64,000 bases of DNA from Fimbriimonadales bacterium. GTDB lineage: Bacteria; Armatimonadota; Fimbriimonadia; Fimbriimonadales; JABRVX01. Below are positions 25,434 to 33,075 of this stretch, piece by piece (position 1 is the stretch's first letter; every line of letters begins with the position of its first letter). The position numbers and the translations under genes were made by a program. The notes under the pieces were generated by a model. That model saw only the letters and a list, made by a program, of their open reading frames with translations. It ran no database searches and was not told the DNA's origin. The stretch is taken from the NCBI GenBank assembly GCA_045862955.1, contig BTVI01000019.1:981-64980 (forward strand), given 5' to 3'.

Positions 25434-26825
25434 ATGAAGACGTACATTCAGTCGGCGATGGCAGTGGCACTCCTCGGGGTCTCTAATATCTCCCTAGCCG
25501 CGGAGCAGTGGCTCCACGAGAAACTCGTCGTGAACGTTTACGGCGCAGGGGTGTGGAGTCAACGTGCAGTAAACAGCCGAGGAGACGTCGCATACAACGT
25601 GCTGCCTACGTCGAACATCTACTTCCTGGACGTATACAAGAACCGGGAGAACATCACGGAATGGCTAGGGCCTTGGCGCACGGCATACTACTTCGGGATC
25701 AACGATGCCGGACAGGTGGGCTACGGGGGTTGGGTCGGCGGCTGGAAGAATCTCAAGGTATTCGTGGACCGCACGGACTGGAGCACTGCCATGCTCGACC
25801 CGAACAAGTCGTACGATCTAGGCGGATCGCAGGTTACCAGCCGCGGAGAGCCAGTGTGGAACGCGAAGGAGAACGTGGCAGGTGCCAGCGCAGACCTGTA
25901 TGTTGGTCACCGCAGGATCACTCAGGGCATTCCGGGGTACTACGAGGCGGGCGGCAAGGTGAACGCCAACTACGACCTCGCTTGGTACCTGTACGGCGAC
26001 GTGACGGGTCGGCAGTATCAGATCTTCTTCAACGACCGGAACATCACGGTGCCCGTCGTGGGCTACGGTGCACGGGTCAGCCACTTGTTCCATGTCAACG
26101 ACGGGGGCGACGTATTCTGGACACACGAGTGGCTGGACTCCATCGGACGGCCCGGCTCGCACATCTATCTCAACGACCGCAACATCACCAGGCCTCTGTT
26201 CGGTGACGAGCCATGGACTGGGGCGTCTGCGTCTGCCCTGAACAACCGGGGGGACATCGCGTGGTCCGCGGCGGACATCCGACTGTATCCCGGTTACGAC
26301 GGGGAGCGGTTCGGCAGCAAGGACGTGTTCCTGAACGAGCAGAACATCTCCTACCAGTTCTATGGGGAGGAGCCCCATGATGCGTACGTTACGGGGCTGA
26401 ACGACCGCGGCGACCTTCTGTGGGTCGGGGGGATCCGAGCAACCGGCCAGGGGACCATCTGGAAGAACCAGACTGACATCTCTTGGGTTGCAGGGCCCGA
26501 TGCCAGCGTGGACTTTACGCCCGGCCGAATGAAGCTCGACCAGCACGGTCGCGTCGCGTGGATGGATACTAACAGGTACGGTGAGTGGGGCTGGCGTGTG
26601 TGGGTGGACGACCTATGCCTCAGTACGGACGCCCTGGGGCCCGATTGGCGTGACTTCGGCGCGGAATTGCTGGACATGGGCCCGAACGGTCACGTGCTGT
26701 GGATGAGCTACGACCGCAACGTAGCGGGTAGGGTCACCGTCTGGCGCTCCACCCCCATCCCGGAACCGAGCGGTACTGCGGCGATGTGCGTTGGGCTGGG
26801 GCTCCTATGGTTGCGACGACGGTAG
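25434..26825 (+). CDS. Secreted repeat protein (HAF-like N-x-x-G-D-hydrophobic-x-W repeats) with a PEP-CTERM sorting signal
   Basis: Start at MKTYIQSAMAVALLGVSNISLA (ATG 25434). At least 8 spaced repeats are present: NSRGDVAYN, NDAGQVGYGG, TSRGEPVWN, NDGGDVFWT, NNRGDIAWS, NDRGDLLWVG, DQHGRVAWM, GPNGHVLWM. The C-terminus is PIPEPSGTAAMCVGLGLLWLRRR. Confidence 0.75.
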   Translation: MKTYIQSAMAVALLGVSNISLAAEQWLHEKLVVNVYGAGVWSQRAVNSRGDVAYNVLPTSNIYFLDVYKNRENITEWLGPWRTAYYFGINDAGQVGYGGWVGGWKNLKVFVDRTDWSTAMLDPNKSYDLGGSQVTSRGEPVWNAKENVAGASADLYVGHRRITQGIPGYYEAGGKVNANYDLAWYLYGDVTGRQYQIFFNDRNITVPVVGYGARVSHLFHVNDGGDVFWTHEWLDSIGRPGSHIYLNDRNITRPLFGDEPWTGASASALNNRGDIAWSAADIRLYPGYDGERFGSKDVFLNEQNISYQFYGEEPHDAYVTGLNDRGDLLWVGGIRATGQGTIWKNQTDISWVAGPDASVDFTPGRMKLDQHGRVAWMDTNRYGEWGWRVWVDDLCLSTDALGPDWRDFGAELLDMGPNGHVLWMSYDRNVAGRVTVWRSTPIPEPSGTAAMCVGLGLLWLRRR

Positions 26826-27281
26826 GCCACCCGGCCTTAGCACAGAGGCCGGAGTAGGCAGTCCAACGGGACAGCGCGATGGGCGGCACGTGAGCCGACG
26901 CGTGAACGGCTCGCGTCTCCGATCCCTGCCTCTGCCCAGGGGGAAGGTGAGAAAGGCCGTCGTCGAACGCACCCCCGCCACCAGTCCATGCACGCCCGCG
27001 TAGTACCTACAACCCCCCTCGAATGCCTCCGCTGCTCCTGCAGTGGATGCTTGCCCCATGAGGAGGTGCCGTGTAGGGCCTCCGCTGCAGGTGTAGCGGA
27101 GGCATAAAGAAGTCTCACATTCCCCGTATTGTCAGGAGGAACTTGCACTTTCCCGCGCAGATTCTCCCTTCCCGGCCCCCACGGCCCGGAGGCATCGGGA
27201 CAGACCTTCCCCGCGTCCGCTAGGAGAGGCTTCCGCAGTGGCTAGCGGTGGATGGAACGGAGGGACGGCAGCGGGTGGCGC

Positions 27282-27959
27282 CTAGTGAGCGTGGCCTCCG
27301 GTGAATGCTGCGATGGATGCGAGCAAGAGGCTCACCAGGCCGGCGAGGAGGACGACGCCGCCTGCGATATGCCCGGCGTAGCGGAAGATGCGGTCCATGC
27401 GCTCGCGCAATAGGTTGGCGAGCGTGGCAGACATCAGCGCTGCGGCAAGGAGCGTTGCGCCGAGCCCCAGCGCGAACGCGAGCACCAGGGGAACGGCAGC
27501 GCCGAAGCTGCCAGCCCCCACCGCAGCCATCACGAGGGCCAGCGACCCGTAGCAGGGAATGAGCCCGCCAGCTAGCCCGAGGCCTAGAGCCTCGCGACCC
27601 TCCGGGGAGTGCATCGGGCAGTGGCAGTCGGCCGACTCGGCTACCGCATGCCGGAGCATCCGCCACCCGAAATAGACTGTGAGCAGCGCCCCGACCACCC
27701 GAATCGCGTTGGCTGCTGCGCCGGGCTCCAATATGCTGCCCAGCAACGCCACCGCCAACGCAATCACCAGCGTCGTGGCCACGTGCGCCAGCGTGACGAT
27801 CCCCGCGTAGGCGAGCACCGTGGACCGCGTGCCCGTAAGCCCTACCGCAAGCGCCGCGACGATGCTCCGGCCGTGCGCCGGTTCGAGCACGTGAAGCGCG
27901 CCGAGCACGAACGCCGCAGCCAGCGATATGCCGAGACGCAATTCGTGATGTGCATCCAT
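27282..27959 (-). CDS. NicO/RcnA-family nickel/cobalt efflux permease
   Basis: 225 aa, multi-TM. LGALHVLEPAHGRS matches the RcnA HxxEPGHGK signature. There is a Cys/His loop, ESADCHCPMHSPEG. Confidence 0.6.
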   Translation of the reverse strand: MDAHHELRLGISLAAAFVLGALHVLEPAHGRSIVAALAVGLTGTRSTVLAYAGIVTLAHVATTLVIALAVALLGSILEPGAAANAIRVVGALLTVYFGWRMLRHAVAESADCHCPMHSPEGREALGLGLAGGLIPCYGSLALVMAAVGAGSFGAAVPLVLAFALGLGATLLAAALMSATLANLLRERMDRIFRYAGHIAGGVVLLAGLVSLLLASIAAFTGGHAH

Positions 27960-28056
27960 CGTAGAAGTCCTCGCGGGGGTCGGTTCTTGCGGCGAGTCCT
28001 CAATATACTCGAAAGCGTACTTGGCGACCGCCTTGGGTACTGCACGGAAGAACCGG

Positions 28057-28440
28057 ATGGCGATGGGGGAGAGAACTGCATTCGGGGGGTCTGGCGCGCG
28101 CCTTACGCCGCGCCGGGCGCGTATGGTGACGGAGTATCTGCGGCGGCAGCTTCGGCTGTCTCATCAAGTTCGGCTGGAGCGCATCAGCCGCTGGCAGGTG
28201 ACGGGGGAAGACGGTCGGCCAGGCGAGCCGTTGGTCGGCGTGGCGCACGAGAAGGACGGTCCCTGCATCTTCCACACGCGCGCACTCACCGTGGAGGACC
28301 TGGTGCACGAGATGCTCCACGTACGGCATCCCGAGCTGAGCGAGGACGAGGTGAACGCGCGTACGGCGGTGATGCTCCGGCGCATGGCTCGCTGCGCCGA
28401 CTTCCGTACGACGCTGCGTGACAATGGGCCTTCCGACTAA
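28057..28440 (+). CDS. Small hypothetical protein with an HExxH motif
   Basis: The track ORF starts at TTG 28021; ATG 28057 follows GGAAG. Third-position GC is high, which looks like coding sequence. The motif is DLVHEMLHVRHPE. No family was recognised. Confidence 0.4.
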   Translation: MAMGERTAFGGSGARLTPRRARMVTEYLRRQLRLSHQVRLERISRWQVTGEDGRPGEPLVGVAHEKDGPCIFHTRALTVEDLVHEMLHVRHPELSEDEVNARTAVMLRRMARCADFRTTLRDNGPSD

Positions 28441-28448
28441 CCGCGGGC

Positions 28449-29957
28449 CTAGCTCTCCGCGCGCTCGAGGTCCTCTTCGTCCACCGGCGTGGGTAGTCGC
28501 TTCACGCGCACCTTGGTGATGCGGCGACCGTCGGTCTCCTGCACCTGGAACTGCCACCCCGCATCCTCGACGACCTCGCCGTTCGCTGGCTGGTGCCCGA
28601 GCAGACCGAACACGTAGCCACCGATGGTGTCGAACTCTTCGGACTGCAGCTCCGAGTCGAGATGGTCGTTCACGTCATCGAGGTTCATGCGCCCATCTAC
28701 GATATAGGTGCCGTCATCCAGTTCCACCACCATCGGCTCGTCTTCGTCGTATTCGTCCACGATCTCGCCGACGATCTCCTCGACAATGTCCTCGATGGTG
28801 GCGAGGCCTGCAGTGCCACCGTACTCGTCCTGCACGATGGCGATCTGCGTTCTCCCAGTGCGGAACTCGCTGAGCAGCTCGCCTATCTTCTTGTTCTCCG
28901 GTATCAGGTACACGGGCCGCATGATGTCTCGCAGGCTCACGTCTTTGCCGACCTGCATGTGCTGCAGGAGGTCCTTGGCATGGATGGTGCCTACGATGCG
29001 GTCCACCGTCTCCTCGTAGATGGGAATGCGGCTGTGGCCGGTAGAAGACACCAGTTCGGCGACCTCGGCGAGGGAGGCGTCTACGGAGATGGCGTCCATG
29101 TCGGTGCGCGGCGTCATCACCTCGCGCACCACGGTGTCGGTAAAGTCGAACACCGAGTGGATCATGTGCCGTTCCTCTTCTTCTAACCCCCCTTCTGGGG
29201 TGGCGTCGAGCATGTCCCGAAGTTGCTCTTCGGTCACGACCTGGATCGGTGTGTACAGCTTGACGCGGTACAGCGAGCAGAGTTTGCCGGCAATCCACGC
29301 GCTGAGCGCGACGGGTAGGCCGAGAAGCACACGCACCACACGTAGGAGCCAAGCTCGGCGAAGCGCACATCGCTCGGGGTTCGCTGCCCCGAGGCTGCGC
29401 GGAAGCATCTCTCCGAACACTACCATGAACCCGGCTACCAGTACGAACACTCCGAGGTGGGAGACACCGTAGGCGTCTTGCGGCTGCATGCGAGGCATGG
29501 CCTTGCACAACGCCTCTGCGATGCCTCCTCCGACGAACAGCACCCCTACGACCAACCCCAGCGCCAGCACCAGCAGAGACCCGAGACGGGCCGTCCGGAT
29601 GGAGTGGTCTAGGTGGTCGGTCAGGTCTTGAAGTGCCCGTGCCCCTCTAACCCGCCGTTCACGGAGGTGCGCGGCACGCGCTGGGCTTATGGAAGCCAGT
29701 GCCGTCTCACCCTGCTCCAGCGCGAAGCGCACAATGACCGAGCCAACGACGAAGAGGAGGGCCAGCCAGAACTGGATGCTGGGGCTCTCCGGGGTGCCGC
29801 TCTGGATGCCAGCAGACAGCTGCACCCACTCGGGACGCAGCACTAGGTACAGCGCGGCGAGTACGACGAGTGCGCCGACCAGCGACGCCAGCGTAGATGA
29901 TGGAGGTCGGTCTCCATTACTGGCGGCGGGCGCTTCGTTACTGTTTGTTTCGTTCAT
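28449..29957 (-). CDS. CNNM/CorC/TlyC-family transporter (DUF21 membrane domain, CBS pair, CorC_HlyC domain)
   Basis: 502 aa. It has N-terminal TM helices. The CBS region contains VREVMTPRTDM...RIPIY...VGTIHAKDLL. The C-terminus is typical of CorC_HlyC (IAIVQDEYGGTAGLATIEDIVEEIVGEI...DGTYIVDGRMNLDD). Confidence 0.8.
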   Translation of the reverse strand: MNETNSNEAPAASNGDRPPSSTLASLVGALVVLAALYLVLRPEWVQLSAGIQSGTPESPSIQFWLALLFVVGSVIVRFALEQGETALASISPARAAHLRERRVRGARALQDLTDHLDHSIRTARLGSLLVLALGLVVGVLFVGGGIAEALCKAMPRMQPQDAYGVSHLGVFVLVAGFMVVFGEMLPRSLGAANPERCALRRAWLLRVVRVLLGLPVALSAWIAGKLCSLYRVKLYTPIQVVTEEQLRDMLDATPEGGLEEEERHMIHSVFDFTDTVVREVMTPRTDMDAISVDASLAEVAELVSSTGHSRIPIYEETVDRIVGTIHAKDLLQHMQVGKDVSLRDIMRPVYLIPENKKIGELLSEFRTGRTQIAIVQDEYGGTAGLATIEDIVEEIVGEIVDEYDEDEPMVVELDDGTYIVDGRMNLDDVNDHLDSELQSEEFDTIGGYVFGLLGHQPANGEVVEDAGWQFQVQETDGRRITKVRVKRLPTPVDEEDLERAES

Positions 29958-29966
29958 AGATTAGGT

Positions 29967-30686
29967 TTATCGAGCGCTCAGCCCGTAGATGATCGCTGCA
30001 AGCACGCTGCCGACGGTCGCTCCCAATCCTACTTCGAAGAGCGAATGGATGCCGGCCTCCCACCGGCTCTGCGCCACCAGCAAGCCCAGCATTACGGCCA
30101 AGAGCTGAACGAGGATGTTGCCTTGAGCCAGGATTACGATGCCGATCGCAAAGAAGAAGCCCAGGGCAGAATGACCGCTGATCAGACCGCCGTGCCAAAG
30201 GGAACCTCGCCTACCGAGCGCCTTTCCGATCACCACGAGTGCGAACACCACGAACACGCCGACCAGCGATTTCAGCGTGATCGCTTGCGGAATCTCATTC
30301 GGCCGGAACAGTCTGCTGAGGTCCACCAGCCGCGTGTCCCCGATGAAGAGCAGGGACCCCACGACGATGGCATTCACGGTCGTTATCAGGACGGCTCCCG
30401 CGGCGATGTCCTTGGCAAACTTCGCCATGGGATGGTATGTCGGTTGGACCAAATCCACTACGGCTTCGATGGCGGAGTTGAACATCTCGGCCATCAGAAC
30501 CATGGAAATCGTGAATAGCAGGATCAGGATCTCGCGGTAGTGCAGGTTGTAGAACATGCCGAGAACCAGCACCACCACGACGGTGTAGAAGTGGAAGCGC
30601 ATGTGGCGCTGCGTGCGGAAGGTGTGTATCACACCCTCCATCGCCACGCGGAATGGCTCGAACGGGTTGTGTCGCCGCCCACTCAC
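29967..30686 (-). CDS. dgkA: Prokaryotic diacylglycerol/undecaprenol kinase (DgkA) with a C-terminal PAP2-like membrane extension
   Basis: Residues 1-125 match DgkA (EMFNSAIEAVVDLV, KDIAAGAVL). The ~115-aa extension carries PAP2 C2/C3-like motifs, ISGHS and SRWEAGIHSLFEVGLG. Confidence 0.75.
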   Translation of the reverse strand: MSGRRHNPFEPFRVAMEGVIHTFRTQRHMRFHFYTVVVVLVLGMFYNLHYREILILLFTISMVLMAEMFNSAIEAVVDLVQPTYHPMAKFAKDIAAGAVLITTVNAIVVGSLLFIGDTRLVDLSRLFRPNEIPQAITLKSLVGVFVVFALVVIGKALGRRGSLWHGGLISGHSALGFFFAIGIVILAQGNILVQLLAVMLGLLVAQSRWEAGIHSLFEVGLGATVGSVLAAIIYGLSAR

Positions 30687-31180
30687 GCTGCGCCTCCCTC
30701 TACCTCGCCAGAGAACTCGTGGCCCAGTCTTGCGGCAACCTTTTCGGCACGGGTAAGCATGTCCGATGCCTCTTCCTGCGTGTGATCGTCATAGCCCAAC
30801 AGATGAAGGGTTCCGTGTAAGCCGAGCAAGACGGCTTCGGTGAGCAGCGCGTGGCCGCGTGCTTCCGCCTGTCGCTCGGCAGTGTCCAACGAGATGACGA
30901 CATCGCCGAGCAGCCGTGATCCATCTGGGAGCTGGGCGTCACGATCTTGGGGGAAGGCCAGCACGTCGGTCGGCGCATCCACGCCCCGGAACTGAAGGTT
31001 CAGCCGGCGCATCTCATCGTCGTCACAGATGAGGACACTCACCTCCGATCCTTCGACCCCCTCTTCTTGCAGCAGCTCCAGCATGGCATGTCTAATCGGC
31101 GCCGACGGCAGGCGCCTCGGAAACCGGGACGCCACGGTCACCTTGTTCGCCGGCGTTTTCTTCCTCGACGGCCTGTCCAT
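30683..31180 (-). CDS. ybeY: rRNA maturation endoribonuclease YbeY
   Basis: The zinc motif is HGTLHLLGYDH, and TDVLAFP is present. The ATG at 31180 gives an 89-nt overlap with the upstream gene, so a downstream GTG (~31141) start is possible. Confidence 0.85.
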   Translation of the reverse strand: MDRPSRKKTPANKVTVASRFPRRLPSAPIRHAMLELLQEEGVEGSEVSVLICDDDEMRRLNLQFRGVDAPTDVLAFPQDRDAQLPDGSRLLGDVVISLDTAERQAEARGHALLTEAVLLGLHGTLHLLGYDDHTQEEASDMLTRAEKVAARLGHEFSGEVEGGAA

Positions 31181-32597
31181 AGTCTATCCGGTTATGCCTC
31201 ACGGCGGTCAGCGATTGCACGAACGCTGCTACGATTCGGCGTACATCTTTGAACGTGAGCTCGCACTCGTCCAGTTGCCCGTCTTCCACCCTCTCGGTCA
31301 CCAAGCTACTGACCAGGTGCTCCAGGCGCGAAGGGCTGGTCTTCTCCTGGGAGCGCGTGGCGGCCTCCACGATATCGGCAAGCATCAGGATGCCGATCTC
31401 TCTACGCTGCGGCTTGGGCCCTTCATAGCGGAAGTGCTGTTTTAGCACGGGGTCTTCCTGCCCGGCTGCCGCTCTATGATAGAAGTAGCTGATGAGGGTG
31501 GTGCCGTGATGCTGGGCGATAGCCTCTCGGATGGCCTGCGGGAGCCGATGCTCCTCTGCCAACTGGAGTCCATCTTTCACGTGCGCGGCGATCACCCTTG
31601 CGGAGAGATTGGGGGAAAGCGTCTCGTGTATGTTCCCTCCTGCTTGGTTCTCGACGAAGAACTCCGGGCGGTTCATCTTGCCGATGTCATGGTAATAGGC
31701 GCAAGCGCGTGCGAGCAGCGCGTTGGCGCCGATCGCCTTGGCCGCGGCTTCGGCCAAGTTTCCGACCATCACGCTGTGCGCCCATGTTCCGGGGGCGCGA
31801 ACCATCAGCTCGTGCAGCAGGGCGTTCTCGGGTGAGCAGAGTTCGAGGAGCCCCCAGTCGCTCGTGATGTCGAAAGCGCGCTCGAACACGGCGACCGAGA
31901 GCCAGAAGAGGGCCATCGCCCCCACCCCACCGATCACACCCCACGGGCCGACTTGCAGGGCATCCACTACGCTCGTCGCGTTGATTGCCGCCGCGCCGAT
32001 GCCGAGCGCGGTGAAAGTGAGTGCGACCACTACCCCAGAGCGCAGGAGGTCCGACCGTTGCTTGAGAGGGTTGACGGCATAGGCTCCGGCGATTCCGGAG
32101 AGAGCGGCGGCTGGGAGGAAGGCGCTCTGCGCGACGCCGCCGATCCATACCATCACCGTGAGCAAGGCGAGACACACCGCGGCGGTGCCGGGACTCATCA
32201 GCGCACCGAGCAGCATGCCCGTCGCGACGAGCGGAGCGGTGGTAAGGAGCTGGAGCCCCTCGTCCGGGCGACCGGCGATGGCGTAGCGCGCGAGCTGCAA
32301 GCCGATGAGCGACAGCACCGTAACCGAGAAGATGACTCCCAGTCGCTTTCGGAGGCGGCGCGAACTAAGGCGCTGATGGAAAAGGTGGCTGAGCACCGCT
32401 CCCATGCCGACGAGCGTGAACAACGCGACGGCGACGGCCCGGCCCACAGTCAGTTCGTACGGAAACGGGGCGACGATAAGCCCGCAGATCAGAACCCATG
32501 CGCCGATGGCCATGATGACGTGCCGGGACCCTCCCCGCAATGCTGCGGGGTTGGAACGGGGTCGGGCAGGCGAAGGAGCGGGCTTGCGGCGAACCAT
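31092..32597 (-). CDS. Membrane HD/HDIG phosphohydrolase (PgpH/YqfF-like 7TM-HD, short form)
   Basis: 501 aa, with ~7 TM helices followed by an HD domain (HSVMVGNLAEAAA...ACAYYHDIGK...HHG). It sits in the conserved position upstream of ybeY. Confidence 0.75.
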   Translation of the reverse strand: MVRRKPAPSPARPRSNPAALRGGSRHVIMAIGAWVLICGLIVAPFPYELTVGRAVAVALFTLVGMGAVLSHLFHQRLSSRRLRKRLGVIFSVTVLSLIGLQLARYAIAGRPDEGLQLLTTAPLVATGMLLGALMSPGTAAVCLALLTVMVWIGGVAQSAFLPAAALSGIAGAYAVNPLKQRSDLLRSGVVVALTFTALGIGAAAINATSVVDALQVGPWGVIGGVGAMALFWLSVAVFERAFDITSDWGLLELCSPENALLHELMVRAPGTWAHSVMVGNLAEAAAKAIGANALLARACAYYHDIGKMNRPEFFVENQAGGNIHETLSPNLSARVIAAHVKDGLQLAEEHRLPQAIREAIAQHHGTTLISYFYHRAAAGQEDPVLKQHFRYEGPKPQRREIGILMLADIVEAATRSQEKTSPSRLEHLVSSLVTERVEDGQLDECELTFKDVRRIVAAFVQSLTAVRHNRIDYGQAVEEENAGEQGDRGVPVSEAPAVGAD

Positions 32598-32678
32598 GGC
32601 TCCGCCTAACCTGCAATGCGGTGATGCGCGAACGCGCAGTCGGAGAGGGTGAATGGGGGAATGGATGAGAGGCGCGCG

Positions 32679-32843
32679 TTATCGGCGACGGCGACGACGC
32701 AACCGTCTCTTCTTCTCGCTCGGCTTCTCGTAATGAGCATGCTCTTTGAGTTCCTTTAGGATGCCGCTCTGCTGCAGCTTCTGGTTGAACCGCTTTAGAG
32801 CCGCGTCAATGGACTCGTTTTGCTGCACCTGAACCTGAATCAA
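32679..32843 (-). CDS. rpsU: 30S ribosomal protein S21
   Basis: It is not in the ORF track because it is under 60 aa. My translation is (M)IQVQVQQNESIDAALKRFNQKLQQSGILKELKEHAHYEKPSEKKRRLRRRRRR, with the S21 NES..AL.RF...G....E....YEKPS pattern. AGGAGG lies 10 nt upstream of the TTG start. An alternative GTG start is at 32850-32852. Confidence 0.85.
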   Translation of the reverse strand: MIQVQVQQNESIDAALKRFNQKLQQSGILKELKEHAHYEKPSEKKRRLRRRRRR

Positions 32844-33075
32844 ACTGCGCACTCCCTCCTAAGACGCCAAAAAGGGAGACCGACGCTGCCTTGCTCGGTC
32901 GCCGCTTTGCACCTCTTGTCGAACATATTCTACCGATCCGCAGGCACCGTGTCAAGCAACTCCCATTATGGCAATCCGTGGGCCAAGCTGGACCGAGCCA
33001 GGCAACCGGAGCCCCCAGCAGCCGATGATCCCAATAGATCGCGCGATTCTACGTGTCGGCCGAGAGGAGGTCCCC

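Noticed and set aside
27960-28056. NiCo (czcD-type) riboswitch upstream of the NicO efflux gene.
   Set aside because: The available leader is at most ~100 nt and I could not identify the conserved four-way junction features from memory. The idea is unsupported without a covariance-model scan.
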